From Nitrospirota bacterium (GTDB lineage: Bacteria; Nitrospirota; JACRHJ01): a stretch of 64,000 nt of DNA. Shown here one piece after another: positions 27,374 to 37,986 of this stretch; the stretch's first letter is position 1; each line of letters starts with the position of its first letter. The stretch is taken from positions 4,004-68,003 of the forward strand of contig JAJYJM010000009.1 of assembly GCA_021789495.1 (NCBI GenBank). The letters run 5' to 3'. The position numbers were made by a program, and so were the translations under genes. The notes beneath the pieces are model-generated. The model saw nothing but the letters and a program-made list of their open reading frames with translations, did no database searches and was not told the origin of the DNA.

Positions 27374-28459
27374 ATGAAAAAGTCTGTTCTGGAAAAGCTT
27401 GAAGAACGCGAGCTTCTGGAGCTTGCCCAAAAGCTCGGTATAAGCGTCAGGAAAGGGGCAAAAAGGCCTGAAATTATTAAACTCTTACAGTCCGCAAAAG
27501 CCGCTCCCGCGCCTCCCGCCGAATCTCATGCGCATGGTGCTCCTCACGCCTCCTCCGAGGCCGCCCGACATGCCGAAGCAGGTCAACCGGCGCAGACCAT
27601 CCAGCAGGAGGTGGAAGAGAGCAAATTCTATACCGGGACTCCGCCGGAGGAGTTCCGCCTGCCCTCCGAACTGCCATACCATTACGGAGATGACCGCATA
27701 GTCCTTCTTGTCCGGGACCCGCACTGGACGTATTCCTACTGGGAGGTCTCGCAGAAAAAGCTGGAAATCGAGCGCGGGAACCTCGGCATGGCCGGAGAGG
27801 ACGCATACCTGGCGCTTAGGGTGTACGACGTAACGGACGTCCGTTTCGACGGCAGTAACGACCACGGCCATTACGACATAGGCATTTACGACAGGGTCGG
27901 GAACTGGTATGTAAATACGGGAATGCCGGGAAGGTCGTTTATCGTGGACCTGGGGCTTAAGACGCGGGACGGACGGTTTGTAACCCTTGCCCGCTCTAAC
28001 GCCGTCCGGACGCCAAGGGACTCCGTCTCGGACGTCCTGGACGAGGAATGGATGGTCCCGGACAGCGATTTCGAGAGGATTTTCGCGCTATCCGGGGGCT
28101 TAAGCGCCCTTACCGGCGCCTCCTCGGCAGACGTGCGCCTTGCCGGCGGAGGGAAACTGCCCTTCGGCATATCCTCTCCCGGGATGGGCTCGCTTGCGCT
28201 CATGTCGCCAGTCAAAAAGAAACAGAGGGCGTTCTGGTTCGTTCTGAACACCGAGCTTATAGTCTACGGCGCGACCGAGCCCGACGCGAAGGTAAGCATT
28301 CAGGGGCGGCCCGTAACGCTCCGTCCCGACGGCACCTTTACACTGCGCTTCGCCCTCCCGGACGGAAAGCAGATTATAGAATGCTCCGCCACGTCGGCGG
28401 ACGAGGTCGAGACAAGATGCATAACACCGGAAGTAAGCAGGTCAACAAGGGTAGGCTAA
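27374..28459 (+). CDS. Rho_N-like N-terminal helix + DUF4912-like protein
   Basis: 361 aa. The N-terminus is LLELAQKLGISVRKGAKRPEIIKLLQ, and the core motif is YGDDRIVLLVRDPHWTYSYWEV. This family commonly neighbours GH57 glucan-branching genes. Confidence 0.65.
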   Translation: MKKSVLEKLEERELLELAQKLGISVRKGAKRPEIIKLLQSAKAAPAPPAESHAHGAPHASSEAARHAEAGQPAQTIQQEVEESKFYTGTPPEEFRLPSELPYHYGDDRIVLLVRDPHWTYSYWEVSQKKLEIERGNLGMAGEDAYLALRVYDVTDVRFDGSNDHGHYDIGIYDRVGNWYVNTGMPGRSFIVDLGLKTRDGRFVTLARSNAVRTPRDSVSDVLDEEWMVPDSDFERIFALSGGLSALTGASSADVRLAGGGKLPFGISSPGMGSLALMSPVKKKQRAFWFVLNTELIVYGATEPDAKVSIQGRPVTLRPDGTFTLRFALPDGKQIIECSATSADEVETRCITPEVSRSTRVG

Positions 28460-28462
28460 GAG

Positions 28463-30061
28463 GTGTCGAGTTTGGAGAAGGGTTGTCTCTCTATAGTGCT
28501 GCACGCGCATCTTCCATTCGTAAGGCACCCGGAATACGAGGATTTCCTTGAGGAGGACTGGCTTTTCGAGGCCATAAGCGAGACCTACATCCCGCTAATA
28601 AACGTCTTCGATTCCCTCGTCGCCGACAATGTGGACTTCCGCATCACGATGAGCCTCACGCCGACGCTCATCGCAATGCTCACGGACCCGTTCCTCCAGG
28701 AGCGCTACCTCCGCCACATAACGCGGCTTATCCAGCTCTCCGAGAGCGAAGTCGAGCGCACGCGCTGGCAGCCGCAGTTCCACGACCTCGCCCGCATGTA
28801 CCGGGAGCGGTTCAACAACTGCAAATACGTCTTCGAGACGAAATACGGCAGGAACCTGGTATCCGCGTTCAAGAAATTCCAGGACATGGGGAAGATCGAG
28901 ATAATCACCTGCGCCGCCACGCACGGTTTCCTGCCGCTCATGGAACTGAACCCGAACGCGGTGCGCGCCCAGATAGCCATTGCCGCGCAGAACTACGAAA
29001 AACACCTTGGCCGCCCGCCCAAGGGCATATGGCTGCCTGAGTGCGGCTACTATCCCGGCCTGGAAAAGACTCTGAAGCAGTACGGCATAAAGTTCTTCTT
29101 TACGGACAGCCACGGCATCCTCTACGGCTCTCCAAGGCCCAAATACGGCGTCTTCGCCCCGATATATTGCCCCAACGGCGTAGCCGCGTTCGGGCGAGAC
29201 CTCGAATCCTCCAAGCAGGTCTGGAGCGCACAGGAAGGCTATCCTGGAGACTACTGCTACAGGGACTTCTACAGGGACATCGGCTTCGACCTCGACTACG
29301 ACTACATCCGCCCCTACCTCCACGGCGACGGCACACGGACGAACCTCGGCGTAAAGTATTACCAGATCACAGGCCCGACGGACCACAAGGAGCCGTACGT
29401 CCGGGCGCGCGCCCTCGGCAAGGCCGCGGAGCACGCCGGAAACTTCATGTTCAACCGCGAGAAGCAGGCGGAATATCTATTCTCCATCATGGACAGAAAA
29501 CCGATAATCGTGTCCCCCTATGATGCGGAGCTTTTCGGGCACTGGTGGTTCGAAGGGCCAGAGTGGCTGGACTTCCTCTTCAGGAAGCTGCACTTCGACC
29601 AAGACAACATCCGGCCAATCACGCCCATGGAATACCTGGATGAGAACCCGAAGAACCAGAAGGCCACGCCGTCGCTATCGTCGTGGGGATACAAGGGCTA
29701 TGCAGAGGTATGGCTGGAGGGTTCCAACGACTGGGTATACCGGCATCTGCACAAGGCGGCGCAGAGGATGACCGAGCTTGCCGGGAACAATAATCCGGGA
29801 AACCCCGCAGACGGCCTGACGCTGCGCGCGCTGAACCAGGCGGCCAGGGAGCTTCTGCTCGCGCAGAGCTCGGACTGGGCTTTCATAATGAAGACGGGCA
29901 CGATGGTGCAGTACGCCGTAAAGCGCACGAAGGACCACGTCAACAGCTTCAACGCGCTTTACGGGATGATCAACGAAAAGAGAATAGACCGGAAATTCCT
30001 TGAAGACCTTGAGAACCGGGACAACATCTTCCCGGAACTGGATTACAAGGTATATGCGTAA
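28463..30061 (+). CDS. GH57-family 1,4-alpha-glucan branching enzyme (DUF1957-containing)
   Basis: 532 aa. It has LHAHLPFVRHPE, WLPECGY and SPYDAELFGHWWFEGPEWL. The C-terminal helical domain is typical of GH57 branching enzymes. Confidence 0.85.
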   Translation: MSSLEKGCLSIVLHAHLPFVRHPEYEDFLEEDWLFEAISETYIPLINVFDSLVADNVDFRITMSLTPTLIAMLTDPFLQERYLRHITRLIQLSESEVERTRWQPQFHDLARMYRERFNNCKYVFETKYGRNLVSAFKKFQDMGKIEIITCAATHGFLPLMELNPNAVRAQIAIAAQNYEKHLGRPPKGIWLPECGYYPGLEKTLKQYGIKFFFTDSHGILYGSPRPKYGVFAPIYCPNGVAAFGRDLESSKQVWSAQEGYPGDYCYRDFYRDIGFDLDYDYIRPYLHGDGTRTNLGVKYYQITGPTDHKEPYVRARALGKAAEHAGNFMFNREKQAEYLFSIMDRKPIIVSPYDAELFGHWWFEGPEWLDFLFRKLHFDQDNIRPITPMEYLDENPKNQKATPSLSSWGYKGYAEVWLEGSNDWVYRHLHKAAQRMTELAGNNNPGNPADGLTLRALNQAARELLLAQSSDWAFIMKTGTMVQYAVKRTKDHVNSFNALYGMINEKRIDRKFLEDLENRDNIFPELDYKVYA

Positions 30062-30074
30062 ATAAACCGCATCT

Positions 30075-30110
30075 GTCACCCCCGTGAAAACGGGGGCCCA
30101 GTGACTTTTG
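30075..30110. terminator. Hairpin (CCCCCGT-gaaa-ACGGGGG) between the convergent GH57 and aspS genes
   Basis: The stem is 30079-30085 / 30090-30096, with outer GTCAC/GTGAC pairing. The TTTT at 30106-30109 is distal, so this is a weak intrinsic-terminator call. Confidence 0.35.
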
Positions 30111-30118
30111 AAAGTCGC

Positions 30119-30149
30119 TGGGTTCCCGATTAAACCATTCGGGAATGAC
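30119..30149. repeat. TGGGTTCCCG...CGGGAATGAC hairpin-repeat unit
   Basis: TGGGTTCCCGATTAAACCATTCGGGAATGAC matches the unit embedded in the tilS 3' end at about 30 of 34 positions. Confidence 0.8.
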
Positions 30150-30157
30150 GGGTTTGT

Positions 30158-31927
30158 TTACGTCACCACGTCAAGCTTTATATGCAACTCCCTCAGCTGC
30201 GCCTTGTCCACGTCCGAGGGCGCGTCGGTCATCAAGTCTGTCGCCTTCTGCGTCTTAGGAAACGCAATGACGTCGCGGATGGACTCCGCCCCCGTAAGTA
30301 TCATGGTCAGCCTGTCCAGGCCGAACGCGATGCCTCCGTGCGGCGGCGCGCCGTATTCCAGCGCCTCAAGCAAAAACCCGAAACGCTCCCTGGCCCGCGC
30401 CTCGTCGATCCCAAGCGCCGTAAACATCGCAGACTGGACATCCGTCCTGTGTATGCGGATGCTCCCTCCGCCGACTTCGCTGCCGTTTAATACAATGTCG
30501 TACGCCCGCGCCTTTACCTTCTCCGGGTCGCTCAGCAGAAGCGGCACATCTTCCGGTCTTGGCGAAGTAAACGGATGGTGCATCGCCTCCCAGCGCTTCT
30601 CGTCCTCGTTGTATTCGAACTGCGGGAAGTCCGTCACCCACAGGAAATTAAACTTCGTTGCGTCTATCAGATCGAGCCGCTTTGCGACTTCCAGCCTGAG
30701 CCGTCCCAGGACATCGTCCGCGACTTTCCTCCTGTCCGCGACGAACACCAGCAGGTCGCCTTCTTTTGCATCAAGGGCATTTGATATATCAGCGAGCGTT
30801 GATTCGTCGAAGAATTTCTTTATCGGAGACTCTATCCCCTGCGCGGTTACCTTCATCCATGCCAGCCCCTTCGCCCCGAAGGATATGGCGAGATTGGTTA
30901 AATCCTCTATCTCCTTCCGTGACATGGAGGCCATGCCCTTCGCGTTCATCCCCTTCACGACGCCGCCGGATGAGAGCGCGCCTTTCATTACCTGGAACTG
31001 CGTTGTCTTCACGATCTCGGATAAATTTTCAAGCTCCAGTCCGAAGCGGGTGTCCGGCTTGTCGGAGCCGTATCTCTCCATCGCGTCCGAGTAACTCATC
31101 CGCGGGAATGGGATAGATAAATCGATTCCCTTTATTTCGCGGAATATGTCCTTCATCATGCGTTCGATGAGCGAATATATATCCTCTTCGTTTATGAATG
31201 ACATTTCCATGTCTATCTGCGTGAACTCCGGCTGGCGATCGGCCCGGAGGTCTTCGTCTCTGAAGCACTTCACAATCTGGTAATACCTCTCGAAGCCGGA
31301 GACCATGAGTATCTGCTTGAAAAGCTGCGGAGACTGCGGAAGCGCGTAGAACTTGCCCGTGTTCACCCTCGACGGGACGAGGTAGTCACGCGCGCCTTCC
31401 GGCGTGCTCTTCGTAAGCATCGGCGTCTCGACTTCCATAAACGCCTCTTTATCCAGGAAGCTTCTGACTATCGAGCATATCCTGTGGCGCGCCATGAGGG
31501 ATTTCAGAAGCGGCCTTCGGCGGAGGTCAAGATAGCGGTACTTGAGCCGAAGCGCCTCGGACGCATCGGTGTCGTCCGTCAGGGGGAACGGCGGAGTTTT
31601 AGACGTGTTTAATATCTCGATTTCATTTATATATACTTCAATCTCACCCGTCGGAAGATCCGGGTTCGCCGTCCCTTCGGGACGCATGAAAACCTTGCCC
31701 CGCGCCGCTATGACATATTCGGAGCGGACCTTGTCGGCAACGGAAAGCGCGGTCTCATTAGTATCCGCGCTGAAGGCGATCTGTGTAATCCCCGCACGGT
31801 CCCGAATGTCTATGAATATCAGCCCGCCGTGGTCGCGCCGGGTCTCAACCCAACCCGCAAGGACGACTTCCTTCCCCGCGTCCGACGCCCGGAGGCTCCC
31901 GCAGTCGTGAGTGCGTTTCAATTCCAA
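30158..31927 (-). CDS. aspS: Aspartyl-tRNA synthetase (bacterial type with GAD insertion)
   Basis: 589 aa with an N-terminal OB fold. Class II motifs are [16 protein letters not shown] and GGGSIRIH ... GLDR. Confidence 0.96.
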   Translation of the reverse strand: MELKRTHDCGSLRASDAGKEVVLAGWVETRRDHGGLIFIDIRDRAGITQIAFSADTNETALSVADKVRSEYVIAARGKVFMRPEGTANPDLPTGEIEVYINEIEILNTSKTPPFPLTDDTDASEALRLKYRYLDLRRRPLLKSLMARHRICSIVRSFLDKEAFMEVETPMLTKSTPEGARDYLVPSRVNTGKFYALPQSPQLFKQILMVSGFERYYQIVKCFRDEDLRADRQPEFTQIDMEMSFINEEDIYSLIERMMKDIFREIKGIDLSIPFPRMSYSDAMERYGSDKPDTRFGLELENLSEIVKTTQFQVMKGALSSGGVVKGMNAKGMASMSRKEIEDLTNLAISFGAKGLAWMKVTAQGIESPIKKFFDESTLADISNALDAKEGDLLVFVADRRKVADDVLGRLRLEVAKRLDLIDATKFNFLWVTDFPQFEYNEDEKRWEAMHHPFTSPRPEDVPLLLSDPEKVKARAYDIVLNGSEVGGGSIRIHRTDVQSAMFTALGIDEARARERFGFLLEALEYGAPPHGGIAFGLDRLTMILTGAESIRDVIAFPKTQKATDLMTDAPSDVDKAQLRELHIKLDVVT

Positions 31928-32003
31928 ATCAGTTCTCCATAGCGTAGCTGCCGCATTTATGGGGCTTTTTTGAAATCACTCGATAAATCGATCAGCTACA
32001 AAA

Positions 32004-32771
32004 TTAAACGGCCGCCCTCTGTTTTTCCGGCTCTTTCCCCGCCGCCTTCAAGAGCGCCCTCACCTCGCCCGGCGTAAGTTCCCGGTATCCTCCCGCGGGC
32101 AATGCGCCCATACCCACGGGGCCGACTTTCGTCCTCTTGAGCTTCTGCACCGGGTGGCCGAGGGCCTCGCACATGCGCCGCACCTGGCGGTTCCTGCCCT
32201 CGTGTATCGTAATCTCAAGCCAGGAATTCGCGCGCGTGAGCTCCAGCTTCCTGACTTTCGCCGGGGCCGTCATTCCGTCTTCGAGCCTCACGCCGCCTGC
32301 CAGCCGCCTGAGCGTCGCATCGTCCATCACGCCCTTGACTTTTACCTCGTAAGTCTTCTGCACCTCTTTCGACGGGTGCATGACGGCGTTGGCAAAATCC
32401 CCGTCGTTCGTAAGGATAAGCATCCCCTCGGAATCGTAGTCCAGCCTGCCCACCGGATAGACACGCGCGCCGATGCCGGAAGACCGGCTTCGGCCAAGGA
32501 GATCCATCACGGTCTTACGCCCCTGGGGGTCTTTTGTCGTGGTGACATAGCCTTTCGGTTTGTTTAAAAGCAGGTAGATTTTTCCCCCGGATTCCCGCCC
32601 CACGACGCGGTTTCCAACCTTTATAACGTCTTCCTCCGGGTCCGCCTTTTGGCCGAGTTCGCTCACGACGCGCCCGTTGACGCGCACTTTGCCCTCAAGG
32701 ATAAGCTCTTCGGCCTCCCTGCGGGAGCAGACGCCTGCGGCGGACAGAATTTTCTGGATTCGTTCCAACAA
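32004..32771 (-). CDS. rluB: RsuA/RluB-family 23S/16S rRNA pseudouridine synthase
   Basis: 255 aa with an N-terminal S4 domain. The catalytic motif is GRLDYDSEGMLILTNDG. Confidence 0.85.
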   Translation of the reverse strand: MLERIQKILSAAGVCSRREAEELILEGKVRVNGRVVSELGQKADPEEDVIKVGNRVVGRESGGKIYLLLNKPKGYVTTTKDPQGRKTVMDLLGRSRSSGIGARVYPVGRLDYDSEGMLILTNDGDFANAVMHPSKEVQKTYEVKVKGVMDDATLRRLAGGVRLEDGMTAPAKVRKLELTRANSWLEITIHEGRNRQVRRMCEALGHPVQKLKRTKVGPVGMGALPAGGYRELTPGEVRALLKAAGKEPEKQRAAV

Positions 32772-32789
32772 ATTTCACCTATTCCTTCA

Positions 32790-32834
32790 TCCCCCTCTTA
32801 AGATAAGAGGGGGAGCGAGGGGGCGTTATGAAAA
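32790..32834. repeat. Copy 2 of the TCCCCCTCTTAAGATAAGAGGGGGA + GGGGGCGTTATG repeat
   Basis: TCCCCCTCTTAAGATAAGAGGGGGAGCGAGGGGGCGTTATGAAAA differs from 6746-6790 at about 3 positions. Confidence 0.85.
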
Positions 32835-32851
32835 GGGGCCGACGCGCGTAG

Positions 32852-34366
<1,515 letters not shown>

Positions 34367-34392
34367 TTAGCACAAATAACATGCGCATGCAA

Positions 34393-34419
34393 TAAAAAAG
34401 CCCCGGACAAGCCGGGGCT
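34393..34419 (-). terminator. Rho-independent terminator after the DUF2795 gene
   Basis: The minus strand reads AGCCCCGG-cttgt-CCGGGGCT followed by TTTTTT. Confidence 0.7.
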
Positions 34420-34435
34420 TCAAAGGAGTAAAAAT

Positions 34436-34681
34436 TTACGCCGCCATCTCTTCCCTCGCCTGCTCGTAGTTCTTCAGCACGTCCGCCATGCCGACATACT
34501 GTCTGTCCGGCATGTTCTGGAGCAGGTTTATTACCGCCTGGTCTGCGCCGTTCTGTTTTGCGTGCTTAATCAACTCGCCCCTGTTGCAGGGGAAATTGCA
34601 CCCTTTCAGATGCTGCGTGATATTGGCCGGAGACTGGCCCGTTGTCCCGCCCTGGCTGCCAAATTCACTCTGCTTCGGCAT
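34436..34681 (-). CDS. DUF2795-family small protein
   Basis: 81 aa. PANITQHLKGCNFPCNRGELIKHAKQNGADQAVINLLQNMPDRQY is the characteristic DUF2795 core. Confidence 0.75.
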   Translation of the reverse strand: MPKQSEFGSQGGTTGQSPANITQHLKGCNFPCNRGELIKHAKQNGADQAVINLLQNMPDRQYVGMADVLKNYEQAREEMAA

Positions 34682-34834
34682 GTTTTCACCTCCCTGTTAG
34701 AAAACAACCGGCGGCCCCGATGCCCTGAGAGCCACCCCGCGTAACTCAGCCCTTGAAGGGCCTACGGTTCAAAGTATAGCAACCGGGCCGCAATTCCGCA
34801 AACAGGCGTCCCGGCGCATAACGCCCGTTTTTTA

Positions 34835-34863
34835 TTGACTTCCCGCCCCGGCCAAGATATATT
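34835..34863 (+). promoter_or_regulatory. sigma70-type promoter candidate (TTGACT - 17 nt - TATATT)
   Basis: The hexamers were read directly, 40 nt upstream of the icd-like gene. Confidence 0.45.
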
Positions 34864-34903
34864 TTCAATCTTGATTAATTCATAAAATCAAAGGAGAAAA
34901 ATC

Positions 34904-35986
34904 ATGGCATATCGCGTTACCTTCATACCCGGCGACGGCACCGGGCCTGAGATTGCCGAGGCGACGAGGAGAGTCCTCGAAGCCACGGGCGTGAAATTCG
35001 ACTGGGACATCCAGGAGGCGGGGATAGACGTCTTCGAGAAGGAGGGGACGCCGCTTCCGGACAGGGTCGTGGAATCACTGATAAAGAACAAGGTCGGCAT
35101 AAAAGGGCCGGTTACGACGCCCGTCGGGACGGGTTTCCGGAGCGTCAACGTTACGCTTAGGCAGAAGCTGGATTTATACTGCTGCCTCAGGCCCTGCAGG
35201 ACGTATGAAGGCGTGCGCACGCGCTACGACAACATCGACCTGGTAATCGTCCGCGAGAACACCGAGGACCTCTACGCCGGGATAGAATACGAGAAAGGCT
35301 CAGACGGCGCAAGGGCGATAATCGACACCGTGAAGGCCCACGGCGGGCGCGAGATAAGGCCGGATTCCGGCATAAGCATAAAGCCAATATCCGTCGCGGG
35401 CACGGAGAGGATCGTCCGGTTCGCGTTCGATTACGCAAGGCAAAGCGGCAGGAAAAAGGTAACGTCGGTGCACAAGGCGAACATAATGAAGTTCTCCGAC
35501 GGCCTGTGGCTTGAGGTCTCGCGCCAGGTGGCGAAGGAGTTCCCGGAGATAGAGTTCGAGGACAGGATCGTTGACAACATGTGCATGCAGCTTGTCCAGA
35601 AGCCGGAGCTCTACGACGTCATAGTCCTGCCGAACCTCTACGGCGACATCCTCTCCGACCTCTGCGCCGGACTCATCGGCGGCCTGGGCGTAGCTCCGGG
35701 AGCCAACATCGGCACAATCGGCGCGCTCTTCGAGCCGACCCACGGCTCCGCGCCGAAATACAAGGGCTTAAACAAGGTCAACCCCGTCGCCATGATGCTC
35801 TCCGGCGTGATGATGCTGGAACACCTTGGCGAGCGCGATGCGGCGAAAAAGATGAAAACGGCCATAGCCGACGTCATCCGCGAGGGCAAGGACGTAACCT
35901 ACGACCTAAAGCCCCGCCCCGACGACCCCACCGCCGTCGGCACAAGCCAGATGGCGGACGCGATAATAAAGAAGATGAAGGGATAA
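34904..35986 (+). CDS. Isocitrate/isopropylmalate dehydrogenase-family enzyme (NAD-IDH / homoisocitrate dehydrogenase-like)
   Basis: 360 aa. It has [11 protein letters not shown] and [10 protein letters not shown] plus the family-typical length. Substrate cannot be fixed by eye. Confidence 0.85.
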   Translation: MAYRVTFIPGDGTGPEIAEATRRVLEATGVKFDWDIQEAGIDVFEKEGTPLPDRVVESLIKNKVGIKGPVTTPVGTGFRSVNVTLRQKLDLYCCLRPCRTYEGVRTRYDNIDLVIVRENTEDLYAGIEYEKGSDGARAIIDTVKAHGGREIRPDSGISIKPISVAGTERIVRFAFDYARQSGRKKVTSVHKANIMKFSDGLWLEVSRQVAKEFPEIEFEDRIVDNMCMQLVQKPELYDVIVLPNLYGDILSDLCAGLIGGLGVAPGANIGTIGALFEPTHGSAPKYKGLNKVNPVAMMLSGVMMLEHLGERDAAKKMKTAIADVIREGKDVTYDLKPRPDDPTAVGTSQMADAIIKKMKG

Positions 35987-35993
35987 AAGGCTT

Positions 35994-36046
35994 GTCATTC
36001 CCGCCCATTCGGCTTCGCTCAGGGCAGGCTCCGGCGGAAATCCAGG
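35994..36046. repeat. Inverted-orientation hybrid repeat unit (GTCATTCCCGC ... GGAGCC-type core ... GGAAATCCAGG)
   Basis: Its reverse complement shares CGGAGCCTGCCCTGAGC..GCCGAATGG with the units at 11744 and 12374. It also shares the GGGAATGAC terminus with the units at 11701, 30119 and 56755. Confidence 0.75.
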
Positions 36047-36051
36047 AATTT

Positions 36052-36090
36052 AAAAAAAGCCCGCAGCGAAAGTTGCGGGCTTTAATTTTA
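36052..36090. terminator. Bidirectional rho-independent terminator (A-run, GCCCGCA/TGCGGGC stem, T-run)
   Basis: AAAAAAAGCCCGCAgcgaaagtTGCGGGCTTTAATTTTA lies between the convergent icd-like gene and the 78-aa gene. Confidence 0.7.
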
Positions 36091-36125
36091 TGCTCTTCCT
36101 AAATCGTCCAGAAAAGCATCTTAAT

Positions 36126-36362
36126 TTATTGATTTCGTTCCGCCATTAATTTCTGTCCTACTGGACTATCTAACGGGATGACATTTGGACTTTTGCAACT
36201 TGGGCACGCCTCATATTTTGTGGTCAGTCTCCAAACTGAATAAATAAGCCCAGGAACCAGAAGGAAACACCAAAGGATAATTTCGATCAATATGCTACCC
36301 TTTGTTATTTTTTTAGGATACCCTATGTTTCCACACGTCGTACATATGGATTGTTTTGACAT
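36126..36362 (-). CDS. Small zinc-ribbon membrane protein with LITAF-like topology (CxxC - hydrophobic helix - CxxC)
   Basis: 78 aa. The order is CTTC, then a ~22-aa hydrophobic segment ILIEIILWCFLLVPGLIYSVW, then CPSC. It lies in a low-GC patch. Confidence 0.55.
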   Translation of the reverse strand: MSKQSICTTCGNIGYPKKITKGSILIEIILWCFLLVPGLIYSVWRLTTKYEACPSCKSPNVIPLDSPVGQKLMAERNQ

Positions 36363-36553
36363 TCTCGCCCTCCTTTAATTTTAAACGCCTATCCCTTGTT
36401 AGAGATGGGCTTTTATCCTTCGCCTTGCCAACCACAGCCCACGCCTTACTTGGGTATAACGTATAGCTTGTGTTGCTGCCTCCTCAAAAATGATTACAAA
36501 GAATACTATGTATTCATTGCCGTTGTCAAGAATATAATGTATACAATCCTCAT

Positions 36554-36712
36554 ATGAAACAAGAAACGGTTATAACCATTCGAGTAACATCCGAGATAAA
36601 ATCGATTATCCAAAAACTTGCCGAGAAAGATGACAGAACCATTGCATGGATGGCGAGAAAGCTTATCGTCGAAGCCCTCGAAAAACGCCGTCTCATTAAA
36701 CCTCAGAAATAA
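36554..36712 (+). CDS. Ribbon-helix-helix (CopG/Arc-type) small DNA-binding protein. It is not in the supplied ORF track because it is under 60 aa.
   Basis: My own translation gives MKQETVITIRVTSEIKSIIQKLAEKDDRTIAWMARKLIVEALEKRRLIKPQK. The pattern is a beta-strand (ITIRV) followed by two helices, typical of RHH antitoxins and repressors. No partner toxin ORF is visible. Confidence 0.55.
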   Translation: MKQETVITIRVTSEIKSIIQKLAEKDDRTIAWMARKLIVEALEKRRLIKPQK

Positions 36713-36770
36713 TCCCGCCTTTCCCTTTTTGCCTTGACACATTGGCAGCAATGATTAGATAATTCGGGTA

Positions 36771-37397
36771 GTGAAAGAGAAATACCTTAAACTCGCCTAC
36801 GTCCTCGCGGTAATCACCATAATCTACAACCTCGCGGAGGGTATCGCCTCCGTCTGGCTCGGATGGGACGGCGGGGCGTTCTCGCTTATCGGCTTCGGGC
36901 TGGACTCATTCGTCGAGGTCGCATCCGCCGTGGGGATACTGCATATGGTAAGGAACCGCCGCCTGCACGAGCACGGGCACGACCAGTTCGAGAGGCGCGC
37001 GCTCACGATTACCGGCGGCGGGTTCTACCTCCTTGCGGCGGGGCTTGCGGCGACGGCGGCCTATAACGCCCGCAGGGGCCACAGACCCGAAACCGCCTTC
37101 TGGGGCATCGTCATCTCCGGGCTTTCCATTTCCACGATGTGGCTTCTCATGCGGCTTAAGATGAAGGCCGGGCGCGCGCTCGGTTCGGACGCGATAATCG
37201 CCGACGCCGCATGCACGAAGACCTGCCTTTATCTCTCCGTCGTCCTGCTCGCCGCGAGCCTGGGCTACGAGCTTACGGGGTACGGCTGGCTGGATTCCCT
37301 GGGATCATTCGGAATAGCATGGCTGTCTTTCAGAGAAGGCCGCGAGGCGTTCGGAAAGGCCAACGGGAAGGCGTGCTCCTGCTGCTGCGAAGACTGA
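36771..37397 (+). CDS. Cation-diffusion-facilitator-like membrane protein (TM domain only) with a Cys-rich C-terminal tail
   Basis: 208 aa with a GTG start and about 6 TM segments. The CDF-like TM2/TM5 acidic motifs are LAEGIAS and DSFVEV. It ends in KACSCCCED. There is no cytoplasmic CTD. Confidence 0.55.
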   Translation: MKEKYLKLAYVLAVITIIYNLAEGIASVWLGWDGGAFSLIGFGLDSFVEVASAVGILHMVRNRRLHEHGHDQFERRALTITGGGFYLLAAGLAATAAYNARRGHRPETAFWGIVISGLSISTMWLLMRLKMKAGRALGSDAIIADAACTKTCLYLSVVLLAASLGYELTGYGWLDSLGSFGIAWLSFREGREAFGKANGKACSCCCED

Positions 37398-37489
37398 CGT
37401 GGGACATAAAAACAGGAGTCCACTCCTGGGGCAGTTGAAGAACCCGCCCACCACCTGCCATTCCCGCCCCGCATCATGCCACCCCACCC

Positions 37490-37565
37490 GTCATTGCGAA
37501 CGAAGTGAAGCAATCCCAGGTTTTAAAATCCGGGATTGCCGCGTCGCATCCGCTCCTCGCAATGA
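37490..37565. repeat. Full palindromic copy of a GTCATTGCGA...GCAATCCC variant of the hairpin-repeat family
   Basis: The sequence is GTCATTGCGAacgaagtgaaGCAATCCCaggttttaaaatccGGGATTGCcgcgtcgcatccgctccTCGCAATGAC. Confidence 0.8.
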
Positions 37566-37828
37566 CAAGCAGATTCCTTCCACTCCACGCCTGACACGGT
37601 TGTTGGGAATTTACTCATATTAACACTCAAACTTCAATAGTAAACCTAATCGGTCGGGGAAGTTCATTGTCAATAGCAATTCCGGATTGCTTTTGAAACC
37701 TGCCGATTATTAAAGTAAAAAAGTGTAGTAACCACGAATTTCCCCCGGCATCGGAAACGGGCCGAAAACAGGCCGTTTTCGGGCATTTTCGGGGCAAAAA
37801 ACGGGCGCGGGGAAGGTGTGATTTTTAT

Positions 37829-37858
37829 GCGGAATAAGAGAAATTTCTCTTATTCCGC
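37829..37858. repeat. Perfect 30-bp palindrome GCGGAATAAGAGAAA|TTTCTCTTATTCCGC
   Basis: Read directly from the sequence, with no spacer between the arms. Neither strand has a T-run after it. Confidence 0.9.
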
Positions 37859-37986
37859 AAGGGGTTGCGTAGCATATAAACGACTGCTTATTTGACGGAA
37901 TCGGTTTTGTAACTATCTGAAATTAAAGGATATTTTCCCGGAGAAATCGGCGGTTCAGGGCGTTCCGCGTGGAACATCAAGGCCGG

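Noticed and set aside
36506-36751. 81-aa minus-strand ORF in the AT-rich islet
   Set aside because: It fully overlaps the plus-strand 52-aa RHH ORF, which has a recognisable fold pattern. The 81-aa product has no features and no RBS.
37399-37623. 74-aa ORF (and the overlapping 82-aa and 60-aa ORFs) after the CDF-like gene
   Set aside because: It is encoded almost entirely by the GTCATTGCGA-type repeat element and flanking low-complexity sequence. Such repeat-derived ORFs recur wherever the repeat occurs.
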